From Bacillota bacterium (lineage in GTDB: Bacteria; Bacillota; UBA4882; UBA8346), in assembly GCA_023436305.1 (NCBI GenBank), contig JAEZJQ010000016.1:8536-72535 (forward strand): DNA of 64,000 nucleotides. The letters run 5' to 3'. The position numbers and the translations under genes were made by a program. This document shows positions 37,225-46,613 of this stretch, piece by piece (the stretch's first letter is position 1; every line of letters starts with the position of its first letter). The notes below the pieces were generated by a model. The model saw nothing but the letters and a program-made list of their open reading frames with translations. It did not search any database and had not been told where the DNA came from.

Positions 37225-37761
37225 TTAACCCGCCAACGATGTATTCAACCGAAGATATTGTGCCCGCGAAATCTCCATCAAAATAATATTTTTCCAATTT
37301 GGACTGTTTCGTTTGAGAATACCGACTTGTCGAAATCCAATTTTGGAATAACAGCGGATAGCCCGCTCATTAAAATGATAAACCCGCAAATAGATCCGCT
37401 CGAAATTCTTGGCAATTAAAAGATCATCCAAAATTAACCGGAGCGCTTCCCTGCCATAACCTTGGCCCCACAAATCCTTGGCGCCGATGCGGATACGTAA
37501 CTCCGCCTCCCGTTTACTCCAACAAATATGATCGAGTTCCAGATCCCCGATAACTTGCCCTGAAAGAGTTTGGAGTACATAGATACGGTAATTGGGATCG
37601 GAAATACTGGTTTGGTACCATTGTTCTAATTCACCAAGGTTGCCCGGCAAATCGCAATCAACATAGAATTGAACCTCATCGTCACAATTCCAAACCATCA
37701 TTTGTGGTAAATCTTCAATTTGTAAACGTCTTAAACGAATTCTTAGCCCGACTAGTTCCAC
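37225..37761 (-). CDS. GNAT-family N-acetyltransferase (RimJ/RimL-like)
   Basis: LRIRLRRLQIEDL...WGQGYGREALRLILD...N.RAIRCYSKIGF acetyl-CoA binding blocks. Confidence 0.75.
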   Translation of the reverse strand: MELVGLRIRLRRLQIEDLPQMMVWNCDDEVQFYVDCDLPGNLGELEQWYQTSISDPNYRIYVLQTLSGQVIGDLELDHICWSKREAELRIRIGAKDLWGQGYGREALRLILDDLLIAKNFERIYLRVYHFNERAIRCYSKIGFRQVGILKRNSPNWKNIILMEISRAQYLRLNTSLAG

Positions 37762-37967
37762 GGTTTCCCCTCCTGCAAAAATAGATTTATTCCGGTGCGC
37801 TCCTTGCGCATCTGAGGGTTTTACCTGATATAAGTTCGAGTCCGCTAAGAATCTCCCTTTAAGTAATTATAGCCAAGACATTCGACCGATTGGAAAAAAA
37901 TAAAAGTTTCCCTGTTTGAAAACATAACAAAAGAGGGTTAAGGGAACAGAGTTCAAGATTATAATAT

Positions 37968-38753
37968 TTATCCTTCTATGCTCCTGAAAATTCTTTTTAC
38001 GTTCGTGGTTAAACCGGATTCATTGAATTCAAAGAGTACACCGTTGAATTGAATTGGACCGGTGGCTAATTCAAATTTCACGGGGCGTTTGGTTAAAAAT
38101 TTGGTGATTACCAGTTGGGGATCGATTCCTAATACTGAATTCATTGGGCCGGTCATTCCCGCATCGGTGATATAACCGGTACCCTTGGGAAGGATTCTCT
38201 GATCGGCAGTGGCAATATGGGTATGAGTCCCGATAACTGCCGATACCCGGCCATCCAAATACCATCCCAAAGCCATTTTCTCCGAAGTAGCTTCCGCGTG
38301 AATATCAACAATTACATAGGGAGTTTTTTTCTTAATCCAATTCAAACAATAATCAGCGGTTTGAAAAGGGCAAGACAGCGGCTCCAAAAAAACCTGTCCT
38401 AAAATATTAATTACCCCAACCAAATATCCCCGGGCGGTTTCAACTATATGAAAACCCTCTCCCGGAGTTCCATCAGGGTAATTAGCCGGCCGTATTACCC
38501 GCCGTTCCTGCTCCAATACCTTAGTGACTTCCCGGTTATCCCAAGTATGGTTACCGAGTGTAATCAGATCAATTCCGGAGGTTAATAATTCCTGGCATAC
38601 TTCCACGGTGATTCCAAAGCCTCCGGCTGAGTTTTCACCATTGGCAATCACCAAATCGACCTTTTCGGTACGGATAATTTCCGTTAAACAAGTTTTTACA
38701 ATTCTTCGGCCGGGACGGCCAACAATATCTCCAATAAAAAGTACTTTAAGCAA
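37968..38753 (-). CDS. ymdB: YmdB-family metallophosphoesterase (2',3'-cyclic-nucleotide phosphodiesterase)
   Basis: MLKVLFIGDIVGRPGRR..., GENSAGGFG, GNHTWD, TIGR00282-type layout. Sits downstream of rny, as in Bacillus. Confidence 0.88.
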   Translation of the reverse strand: MLKVLFIGDIVGRPGRRIVKTCLTEIIRTEKVDLVIANGENSAGGFGITVEVCQELLTSGIDLITLGNHTWDNREVTKVLEQERRVIRPANYPDGTPGEGFHIVETARGYLVGVINILGQVFLEPLSCPFQTADYCLNWIKKKTPYVIVDIHAEATSEKMALGWYLDGRVSAVIGTHTHIATADQRILPKGTGYITDAGMTGPMNSVLGIDPQLVITKFLTKRPVKFELATGPIQFNGVLFEFNESGLTTNVKRIFRSIEG

Positions 38754-38855
38754 AAAAACCCCCTAAATAATTACGAGTTTTAAAAAATTGGTCGAAAACC
38801 GGTGATACTGGAAATGTAAGCGTAAAGGATGTAAAAAAAGAGTGGAAATTGAAAT

Positions 38856-38888
38856 CGTGCGTGAAACGAGTTACTGCGTTCACGCACG
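38856..38888. repeat. Perfect 10-bp inverted repeat
   Basis: CGTGCGTGAA-13 nt-TTCACGCACG, between the 178-aa ORF and ymdB. Confidence 0.7.
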
Positions 38889-38906
38889 AATAATTTCCTG
38901 AAATGA

Positions 38907-39443
38907 TTATTTACGAATGGCGGCCCTGTTAAATACCAATACCCGGCCTTCCTCCCGAAAACCAATCAACCGTTTCTCCTGGCGGGAATCTTTTAAATCC
39001 TCCAGCATATGTTCAATCATTTCTTCCTGAAGTAATTCGTCTTCCTCCTGTAAGGTCTCCTCTTGATCCAACAGCAGAAAGCCTTCGAAAAATTGATGGA
39101 CGACTCCGATAATCAAGGCAATTTCCTCCTGGTTTAACGAATCGATATCACGCATGATTTCCAGGAAAGTTAAACCATCATATTCAGCGTAACTCACTTC
39201 AATTAAACCCGGTTCTCTGGATTGCAACTCCGAAATATTACTTAAACTGAGTACGAGCTGTTCCTTAAATGAATTAAACTCTTCTTCGATTAAGTTTTTC
39301 ACAATGACAAAAGAGAATTGCAGTGTTTTTTGCCCCGGATCAAATCGAACCGAACCAATTTCCGGATATCTTACCAGTAAAAAAGCGATCAAACTCATAG
39401 AATTGGAGAAGGACTCCCCTTCTTTCCAGAAGATGCCTTTCAT
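38907..39443 (-). CDS. Hypothetical acidic protein (178 aa)
   Basis: Open frame with GGAGGAGG upstream of the ATG, placed between rny and ymdB. Glu-rich C-terminal half. No motif recognised. Confidence 0.5.
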   Translation of the reverse strand: MKGIFWKEGESFSNSMSLIAFLLVRYPEIGSVRFDPGQKTLQFSFVIVKNLIEEEFNSFKEQLVLSLSNISELQSREPGLIEVSYAEYDGLTFLEIMRDIDSLNQEEIALIIGVVHQFFEGFLLLDQEETLQEEDELLQEEMIEHMLEDLKDSRQEKRLIGFREEGRVLVFNRAAIRK

Positions 39444-39485
39444 TATCTTCGCCTCCTCCCCAATAATTTATCCCAAATATTATAT

Positions 39486-41024
39486 TCACTTCGCATACTC
39501 AACGGCCCTGGTTTCCCGGATGACGGTAACCTTAATCTGGCCTGGATATTCCAATTCTTCCTCAATTCTTTTAACAATTTCCCTGGCAATCCGGACGGAA
39601 TTAATATCATCAATTTTATCAGGTTTTACCATAATGCGGATCTCCCGCCCAGCCTGAATGGCATATGCTTTCTCCACGCCCTCAAACGAATCGGCGATCT
39701 TTTCCAATTTCTCCAATCGTTTAATATAAGTCTCCAAAGTTTCCCGCCGGGCTCCGGGTCTTGCCCCTGAGACCGCATCGGCGGCTTGAACTAAAACTGC
39801 TTCAATACTGGTTGGTTCAACATCACCATGATGCGCGGCAATAGCATTAACCACTTGAAAACTTTCACGATATTTCTTGGCGGTATCAGCGCCAATTGTT
39901 ACATGAGTTCCCTCAACTTCATGATTGATAGCTTTACCAATATCATGCAAAAGACCAGCCCGCTTCGCCAAAGCAATATCGGCTCCCAGTTCCCCTGCCA
40001 TGACTCCACATAAATGAGATACCTCAATTGAGTGTTGTAAGACATTCTGGCCGTAACTGGTGCGGTATTTCAATCGGCCCAATAACTTAATCAATTCCGG
40101 ATGAAGTCCGTGAATCCCAGTTTCAAAAGTGGCCCGTTCGCCTTCTTCTTTGATGATAGCCTCGACTTCTTTTTGGGACTTTTCAACCATTTCCTCAATA
40201 CGCGCCGGATGAATCCGGCCATCGGAAATGAGTTTCTCCAACGCCAAACGGGCAACCTCGCGGCGAATGGGGTCAAAGCCTGATAGAATAACTGCTTCGG
40301 GAGTATCGTCAATAATCAAGTCGATGCCGGTTAACGTCTCCAATGCCCGTATATTGCGGCCTTCCCGGCCAATAATCCGTCCCTTCATCTCATCATTTGG
40401 CAAGGCCACTACTGAAACGGTGGCTTCGGTAACGTGGTCGGCGGCACAGCGTTGAATGGCTAAAGAGATAATTTCCCGGGCTTTGCGATCGGATTCTTCC
40501 TTTGCTTTGGCTTCCAGATCCCGAATCTTAATCGCAATTTCCTGCTGAATCTCTTCCTCTACATCCTTGAGCAACAACGTTTTTGCCTCGTCACTGGATA
40601 ATCCCGAAATTCGCTCTAATTCATGACGGTGCCGTTGATGAGTTTCCTGGAGTTCGTTTTTAAGTTTTTCCACCTCGGCTTCTTTTTTGGAAAGTGCTTC
40701 TTCTTTCTTTTCTAAAACCTCATATTTACGATCAATGGATTCTTCCTTTTGAAGTAATCTTTTCTCTAAACGTTGTATATCGGCGCGGCGTTCACGGTTT
40801 TCCCGTTCCAGCTCGTTTTTAACCTTTAATGCTTCTTCCTTAGCTTCCAGTAAAGCTTCCCGCTTGATGGATTCAACTTCTTTTTTCGCTGCATCCAGCA
40901 TTCGGCGCGAACTTTCTTTGGCCGATTGCATTTTGAACACTCCATAAAGATAGTTTCCAACATAGCCAAGGATAATACCAATAACAACCGTTATTATAAT
41001 GGGTAGTATGTTTATTCCAATCAC
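39486..41024 (-). CDS. rny: Ribonuclease Y
   Basis: N-terminal TM segment, coiled coil, KH domain ([12 protein letters not shown]), HD domain (LLHDIGKA). Confidence 0.95.
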   Translation of the reverse strand: MIGINILPIIITVVIGIILGYVGNYLYGVFKMQSAKESSRRMLDAAKKEVESIKREALLEAKEEALKVKNELERENRERRADIQRLEKRLLQKEESIDRKYEVLEKKEEALSKKEAEVEKLKNELQETHQRHRHELERISGLSSDEAKTLLLKDVEEEIQQEIAIKIRDLEAKAKEESDRKAREIISLAIQRCAADHVTEATVSVVALPNDEMKGRIIGREGRNIRALETLTGIDLIIDDTPEAVILSGFDPIRREVARLALEKLISDGRIHPARIEEMVEKSQKEVEAIIKEEGERATFETGIHGLHPELIKLLGRLKYRTSYGQNVLQHSIEVSHLCGVMAGELGADIALAKRAGLLHDIGKAINHEVEGTHVTIGADTAKKYRESFQVVNAIAAHHGDVEPTSIEAVLVQAADAVSGARPGARRETLETYIKRLEKLEKIADSFEGVEKAYAIQAGREIRIMVKPDKIDDINSVRIAREIVKRIEEELEYPGQIKVTVIRETRAVEYAK

Positions 41025-41121
41025 CTCCTGATTTACTGTTAATTAATTAATTGTTCCTATTCGGCGCTCCCGTGCGCCATTTTTTTACTAAAACGGGTTA
41101 TGAGTTTTTAGAAGAAAAATG

Positions 41122-41152
41122 AATACAAAACAAGCCGAGTAGAACTCGGCTT
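41122..41152 (-). terminator. Terminator after recX
   Basis: Minus strand reads AAGCCGAGT-tct-ACTCGGCTT followed by GTTTTGTATT. Confidence 0.6.
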
Positions 41153-41198
41153 ATGTCCTGTCCTCAAGAAATCATTGTAAACTTTTTTAAAAGAGGTG

Positions 41199-41642
41199 TC
41201 AAGTGGAAGATACTTCGGGAAAACATTGATGAATTGTATTTTCAGAGAAACCCGATCTCATCAGAAAAGCAGGACCCCAAGTCTTGCTCTGCCTCTTGAC
41301 ATGGGATTTACGGCGCAGTAATTGCCATGCTATTTCAATTTCCAAGCTTTCCGGATAATAAATATTCAATAACTCCTGAATTAATTCCGGTTTAAGCCCA
41401 TTTACCAGTAAATCCCCTTCCACAAACACCCTACTTTTAAATCTGGCTTGCAAAGTAGCCATTCGATTTAGGCCATACTCTTTGTCGTTAAGATATCCCC
41501 AGCCTTTTAAGCGAATTACAGTTTCGTAAATATCTTCCGGACCAATCCCGGATTCCGATAATTTTTTCGCTAATTTATATTCCGAATAAGACCGGTGGCC
41601 CAATAAGTTCAATGCCACATCCATGGGACTTTTCCCGGACAT
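41199..41642 (-). CDS. recX: RecA regulator RecX
   Basis: 147 aa, helical-repeat pattern (ALNLLGHRSYSEYKLAKKL...), directly downstream of recA. Confidence 0.85.
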   Translation of the reverse strand: MSGKSPMDVALNLLGHRSYSEYKLAKKLSESGIGPEDIYETVIRLKGWGYLNDKEYGLNRMATLQARFKSRVFVEGDLLVNGLKPELIQELLNIYYPESLEIEIAWQLLRRKSHVKRQSKTWGPAFLMRSGFSENTIHQCFPEVSST

Positions 41643-41644
41643 GG

Positions 41645-42700
41645 TTATTTCCCCTTGGCCGTAGCCGATTCTTTTCCGGGAGCCGCTTCTTTTTTAACCG
41701 GCGGCGCATCTTTGGCCAAATTTAATTGGATCCGGATCTTTTTTTCGACCTCGCCCAAAAGATTGGGATCTTTTTTCAAAAAGTCCCGGGCGTTTTCGCG
41801 GCCTTGACCGATCCGGTTCTCACCATAAGAGAACCAAGCGCCGCTTTTATTAATGATATTCAGATCCACTCCCATATCCAAAATACATCCCGCTTTGGAA
41901 ATGCCTTCGCCATATATGATATCAAACTCTCCTTCCTTAAAGGGAGGTGCCACCTTATTTTTGACGACTTTTGCTTTGGTGCGGCTGCCTATGATATCGC
42001 TTCCTTGCTTGAGAGCTTCAACTTTGCGGATCTCCAACCGGACTGAAGCGTAGAACTTCAAAGCCCTCCCACCGGGAGTGGTCTCCGGGTTGCCAAACAT
42101 GACACCCACTTTTTCTCGGATTTGGTTGATAAAAATTACTACCGTATTCGATTTACTGATGACTCCGGTCAATTTCCGCAAGGCCTGAGACATTAAACGG
42201 GCTTGAAGTCCAACGTGGGCATCACCCATTTCTCCTTCGATTTCAGCCTGCGGAGTTAGCGCGGCCACCGAGTCGATAACGATAATATCCACGGCCCCGC
42301 TTCTAACCAGAGCTTCGGTAATTTCCAACGCCTGTTCCCCGGTATCCGGCTGCGAGATAAGTAAATTATCGATATCCACACCCAGCTTTTTCGCATAAAG
42401 GGGATCCAAGGCGTGCTCGGCATCGACGAACGCGGCAATTCCTCCGATTTTTTGGGCTTCCGCCGCAATATGCAGAGCAACAGTAGTTTTTCCGGAAGAT
42501 TCGGGCCCGTATATCTCTACAACCCTCCCCCGTGGAATTCCTCCCACACCCAACGCCAAATCAAGCGAAAGAGCCCCGGTTGGTATCACTTCAATATTCG
42601 TTTTATCTGAAGCTTCACCCATTTTCATGATCGAACCTTTGCCAAACTGCTTTTCAATTTGTAATAATGCAACTTCCAACGCTTTTTGCTTATCAGACAC
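41645..42700 (-). CDS. recA: Recombinase A
   Basis: [19 protein letters not shown], Walker [10 protein letters not shown], 351 aa. GTG start after an AAGGGGGAG RBS. Confidence 0.97.
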   Translation of the reverse strand: MSDKQKALEVALLQIEKQFGKGSIMKMGEASDKTNIEVIPTGALSLDLALGVGGIPRGRVVEIYGPESSGKTTVALHIAAEAQKIGGIAAFVDAEHALDPLYAKKLGVDIDNLLISQPDTGEQALEITEALVRSGAVDIIVIDSVAALTPQAEIEGEMGDAHVGLQARLMSQALRKLTGVISKSNTVVIFINQIREKVGVMFGNPETTPGGRALKFYASVRLEIRKVEALKQGSDIIGSRTKAKVVKNKVAPPFKEGEFDIIYGEGISKAGCILDMGVDLNIINKSGAWFSYGENRIGQGRENARDFLKKDPNLLGEVEKKIRIQLNLAKDAPPVKKEAAPGKESATAKGK

Positions 42701-42803
42701 TAAAACTCCCCCTTACCGGCCATGAATTTTGATACCATGTTTCACCTTTATCGATTGATAAAAAAGTATCATTGTATGTTCGCGTTTATGCGAACGCACA
42801 TCC

Positions 42804-42815
42804 AAACATGTGTTC
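42804..42815. promoter_or_regulatory. Candidate LexA (Cheo-type) SOS box
   Basis: Minus strand reads GAACACATGTTT (GAAC-N4-GTTT, one mismatch to GAAC-N4-GTTC), starting 6 nt after the -10 element. Confidence 0.45.
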
Positions 42816-42821
42816 TCCATA

Positions 42822-42850
42822 AGTATATCAAACGACTTTATCTGTGTCAA
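42822..42850 (-). promoter_or_regulatory. recA promoter
   Basis: Minus strand reads TTGACA-17 nt-TATACT. Confidence 0.6.
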
Positions 42851-42888
42851 ACGAAGGAAACCATGTTTTTAATTTTTTAACAAATTGT

Positions 42889-43449
42889 TTATTTTTGTAA
42901 GCGATATTTTTCAACTTGCCGGTATACGGGGCCGGTAGGGTAAAGTTGGCTTTCGATTAAGGAAACTTCTTCCACAATCATGTCGCCGGTAAACTGAAAT
43001 TTCGGTTCGAGAAACTTAACCCCGGGCGAACTATCCTTTACCCTGGCAATGGTAAGATGAGGGCTGAAAGGTCGGTCCTCTTTTGAAAAGCCGTAACCAA
43101 GGCAGGCATTATCGATGGAGTCCGCCAGTTTAGTCAACTGCGATTCACCGACAGCGACTCCCAGCCAGATAATCCGGGGAATTCCTTTGGACGGAAAACA
43201 CCCGGCCTTTCCTAGTTGCAGCCGGAAAGGTTCATTATGTAGTACAGCCCGGCTAAGGGCCTGATTTATATCATTCAAACGGGATAGAGGAACTTCACCG
43301 AAAAACTTCAAGGTAAAATGCAAATTCTCCGGAGTTGTCCATTTAAACCCGTGATGTACGGGCCCCATAATTTGATCGTCTAGTTGGATAAAACGGTTGA
43401 CCTCCTCCACCATATCTTTGGCCAGATGAATTCCTACAAAAAGCCTCAT
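42889..43449 (-). CDS. thpR: RNA 2',3'-cyclic phosphodiesterase (ThpR/LigT, 2H family)
   Basis: Two HxT motifs (HFTLKF, HLTIARV), 186 aa. Overlaps the cinA stop by 4 nt. Confidence 0.85.
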   Translation of the reverse strand: MRLFVGIHLAKDMVEEVNRFIQLDDQIMGPVHHGFKWTTPENLHFTLKFFGEVPLSRLNDINQALSRAVLHNEPFRLQLGKAGCFPSKGIPRIIWLGVAVGESQLTKLADSIDNACLGYGFSKEDRPFSPHLTIARVKDSSPGVKFLEPKFQFTGDMIVEEVSLIESQLYPTGPVYRQVEKYRLQK

Positions 43450-44729
43450 GATAAAGCCCCCTCCTCACCCAATTCCGAAACCAGACCTCTCCAAAGCAGT
43501 GTTAACGCCGCTTGGGCGGAGGCATCCTTATTGCCGGTCCGGTCAAAGGGGAAAATTCTTTTTTCCACTATCAACCGCCCCGCTATATCAACCGCCAGAT
43601 ATACGAGACCCACCGGTTTTTCAGTGCTTCCGCCTCCTGGTCCGGCAATTCCGGTTACGGCTAAACCGGCTTGAGCTCCGGTTCGTACCCGTATCGCGCT
43701 GGCCAAAGCCTGGGCGGTCTCCGGACTCACCGCTCCGTATTTCTGGATCACCGGTTCCGGAACTCCTACCAAGTCTGTTTTCAATTGATTGCTGTAACAA
43801 TTCACCCCGCCCAGATAATAATCGGAACTCCCCGGTACATTGGTGAGCCGGTGGGCAATGAGCCCCCCGGTACAGGATTCGGCGGTAGCCAAAAACCAGC
43901 CGGCCTTTTTTAAAATTCGGCCGGTAACCGTTTCCAAGTTATCGGAATCATACCCATAGATATATTCTCCAATTCTCTCCCGGATTTTGGCGGCCATTGC
44001 GGCGACTAAACGCTCATTCTCACTTTTTTTAATACCTTTGGCCGTAATTCGCAAGGATACCTCTCCCTTACCGGCATAAGGCGCAATAGTGGGGTTGGTT
44101 TGCCCTTGAATCAGATCCATGATCTTTTCTTCCATGGCTGATTCACCGATTCCAGCGATTTTAAGAATCCGGGAAGTGAGTACCGGATTGTTTTCCTGTT
44201 CCAAAATAGGCCGTAAAAGCGGTTTAACTTGGGCCTCCCATATTCCTTTTAACTCAATGGGCACTCCCGGTAAAGCAATGATATAACGCTGATCTTTGGC
44301 CACGAATAATGAGGGAGCCGTACCCAAATGATTGGGAACAACTTGTCCCGACGGCGGGAACATGGCTTGACGGCGGTTGCTCTCCACAATAGGACGCTGT
44401 ACTTTATGAAAATAGGCGGAAACTTGCCGCCAAGCCTCTTCATTAAATTCCAACGGCTCGTTTAGCAGCCCGGCTACAGCTTCCCGGGTAAGATCATCCT
44501 GAGTCGGCCCCAATCCACCGGATAAAATCATTAAGTCGGCTCTGCTCCAGGCCAGCTTAAGCGTGGAGATAATTCGTTCCAAGTTATCTCCCACCGTGGT
44601 TTTGTGATATAAATCAATTCCTAAGTCTGCCAGCTCCCTGGCCATAAAGGCGGCGTTGGTGTCCACAATTTGGCCCAATAGTAATTCCGTCCCGATACAA
44701 ATAATCTCAGCTTTCATCCATTGTCCCAC
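43446..44729 (-). CDS. cinA: Competence/damage-inducible protein CinA (MoCF + NMN deamidase domains)
   Basis: MKAEIICIGTELLLGQIVDTNA... N-terminal domain, C-terminal ATAESCTGGL. Confidence 0.9.
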   Translation of the reverse strand: MGQWMKAEIICIGTELLLGQIVDTNAAFMARELADLGIDLYHKTTVGDNLERIISTLKLAWSRADLMILSGGLGPTQDDLTREAVAGLLNEPLEFNEEAWRQVSAYFHKVQRPIVESNRRQAMFPPSGQVVPNHLGTAPSLFVAKDQRYIIALPGVPIELKGIWEAQVKPLLRPILEQENNPVLTSRILKIAGIGESAMEEKIMDLIQGQTNPTIAPYAGKGEVSLRITAKGIKKSENERLVAAMAAKIRERIGEYIYGYDSDNLETVTGRILKKAGWFLATAESCTGGLIAHRLTNVPGSSDYYLGGVNCYSNQLKTDLVGVPEPVIQKYGAVSPETAQALASAIRVRTGAQAGLAVTGIAGPGGGSTEKPVGLVYLAVDIAGRLIVEKRIFPFDRTGNKDASAQAALTLLWRGLVSELGEEGALS

Positions 44730-44946
44730 CTATTGCTTGTTATAGCGAAACTTCAATCAAAAATTATCCCCCAAAAATAAAAAAATAACTTTGAAAAGAT
44801 AATTGTTTTCCTCTATATTTCGCTAAACCAAAGCCAATTCCTTTAAGAAAATAGGGGCCTGACAACCAATGCATTTTTATACCTACCGTACGTGCTTATC
44901 AGGCACAACCAGGAATGAAAAATAATGTCTATCTTTGGGTTAACTG

Positions 44947-45675
44947 TTAAGGAGCCTGATCCTGGAAATATTTTATAAGTCCATGATAAATGGCCAGCGC
45001 TAATTGTTCACGATATTGTTCCGTCGCCAATAGCCGGGCTTCCTCGGGGTTGGATAGAAACCCTGTTTCGATGATTATTCCGGGCATTTCAGTCAATTCC
45101 AACACCCGATACTGGCCTTTTTTCGCCTTCCGATGATTGGGCCCCAGGGAACTTACCAGTTGTTCTTGAACGGCTTCTGCCAATCGCCGCGACTCCGGGT
45201 TGTTTGTGTTATAAAAAGTCTGGGCGCCGTGATAAATGGTTTGAGGGAAACTATTGGCGTGAATTGACAGGAAAATATCTGCTTTGCTTTGATTGGCTAT
45301 TTGAATACGGCGGTCCAAATCCCTCCGTTTTTTGGTGCTGTAACTGTCTCCGAACCCGAAAAAATCCCGGTCGGTCTCCCTGACCATAATGCAATACACC
45401 CCAACCCTGGATAAATATTTTTTTAAACGCAAGGCCACATCAAGGTTGAGATGTTTCTCCGTTATCCCGGTATTCGATCTCGCTCCTGGATCTCCACCGC
45501 CGTGTCCGGGATCGATGACTACCTTCCGGCCGGAAACGAGTGTTCCCAAAGGAATACTGGTCCATATCGCCGGTTGTCTCAGTAACCATATCCCAATTGC
45601 GGTGAAAATCAGTAGCATTGCAAAATATAAAAAACCGCCATTCACAAAAATAATCATCAATCGTTTATGACGCAT
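44947..45675 (-). CDS. cwlD: N-acetylmuramoyl-L-alanine amidase, CwlD-like
   Basis: N-terminal TM segment, VVIDPGHGGGDPGA, ADIFLSIHANSF, ETGFLSNPEE. Start at ATG 45675 after an AAGGGTGG RBS. Confidence 0.8.
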   Translation of the reverse strand: MRHKRLMIIFVNGGFLYFAMLLIFTAIGIWLLRQPAIWTSIPLGTLVSGRKVVIDPGHGGGDPGARSNTGITEKHLNLDVALRLKKYLSRVGVYCIMVRETDRDFFGFGDSYSTKKRRDLDRRIQIANQSKADIFLSIHANSFPQTIYHGAQTFYNTNNPESRRLAEAVQEQLVSSLGPNHRKAKKGQYRVLELTEMPGIIIETGFLSNPEEARLLATEQYREQLALAIYHGLIKYFQDQAP

Positions 45676-45872
45676 AAAACCACCCTTAATGATCAAGCTT
45701 TGGTATCCTTGGAAATGAGGCCAAAATGTTATTTTAATTGAAACTAATACTCCAATTTGGTTTAAGATATTCCGATTCTCTAAAAACTAGAAGGGTTTGA
45801 ATAAGCTTTTCCATTATTCACAGCATTTTTATTGCAAAAAATATGTTTTTAAGAAAATATTCTTTCAAGCAA

Positions 45873-45901
45873 TTGACATCCGGGGACAGATTTGTTATTA
45901 T
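45873..45901 (+). promoter_or_regulatory. Sigma-A-type promoter upstream of speH
   Basis: TTGACA-17 nt-TATTAT, about 190 nt upstream of the speH ATG. Confidence 0.55.
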
Positions 45902-46099
45902 ATTTTTGTTTGCAAAAACGTTGGGGAGCGTGACAATATCCCGTTCCAAATTTAACATTCTCCTGATCTAACATATATCCCGAGGCGAGCCGAACGGCCA
46001 CAAGCCGTTTGCATCATCGGGTAAAGGGAAATCAGGGTGCTTATGGGTCAAAATATTCTTCCTGACCAGAAGATTTTTTAACGACAAGGGGTGAGGGGA

Positions 46100-46480
46100 A
46101 TGCAGAGTTTTGATACTGTAGGTGCTCACGTTCTGGCAGATTTCTGGGGGTGCCAGTTCGAAAAGCTCGATGATGCTGAACTATTAATTAATAGTTTACG
46201 ACAAGCTGCAAAAAGTGCCAAAATGACAATCCTTGGTGAAGAGTCATATAAGTTTACCCCCCAGGGTTTTACCGGGCTTTTGTTATTATCCGAGAGTCAC
46301 ATTTCGATTCATACCTACCCGGAACGCGGTTACGCCGCAATTGATGTTTATACCTGCGGTGGTGGTATGACTCAAAAAGCCATTGACTTTTTAAAAGATG
46401 TCCTAAAGCCCGAGCATGTTCAAGAAATGTTGGTACGACGGGGTGTTCCCGATATCGCATTCAATGTTCATGCATCCTAA
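46100..46480 (+). CDS. speH: S-adenosylmethionine decarboxylase proenzyme (class 1)
   Basis: GLLLLSESHISIHTYPE self-cleavage motif, about 126 aa. ATG 46100 follows a GGGGTGAGGGGA RBS. Confidence 0.9.
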   Translation: MQSFDTVGAHVLADFWGCQFEKLDDAELLINSLRQAAKSAKMTILGEESYKFTPQGFTGLLLLSESHISIHTYPERGYAAIDVYTCGGGMTQKAIDFLKDVLKPEHVQEMLVRRGVPDIAFNVHAS

Positions 46481-46503
46481 TTTCATATGATTTTACTGAA
46501 AAA

Positions 46504-46530
46504 AGCACCGAAACCAGGTGCTTTTTTGTT
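46504..46530 (+). terminator. Rho-independent terminator after speH
   Basis: AGCACC-gaaacca-GGTGCT followed by TTTTTTG. Confidence 0.75.
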
Positions 46531-46613
46531 GTCCAACCCACTTCACCGCTAAAGACCAGTCCTGAATATAAAATAATATTTCCTGGGATACTAACTAAAC
46601 GAGGTGACATGTG

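Noticed and set aside
37832-37845. AAGTTCGAGTCCGC is a T-loop-like motif in the ymdB-GNAT spacer.
   Set aside because: It has no complementary T-stem and no cloverleaf context. It is most likely chance.
43448-43846. Long antisense or out-of-frame ORFs inside solid genes. Examples: 43448-43846, 10744-11118, 58024-58437, 15651-16016, 18958-19419, 48816-49367, 46461-46823, 21297-21656 and 60786-60929.
   Set aside because: Each lies within or opposite a gene with strong family signatures. Their translations are low-complexity or Pro/Arg/Ser-rich, and they have no RBS.
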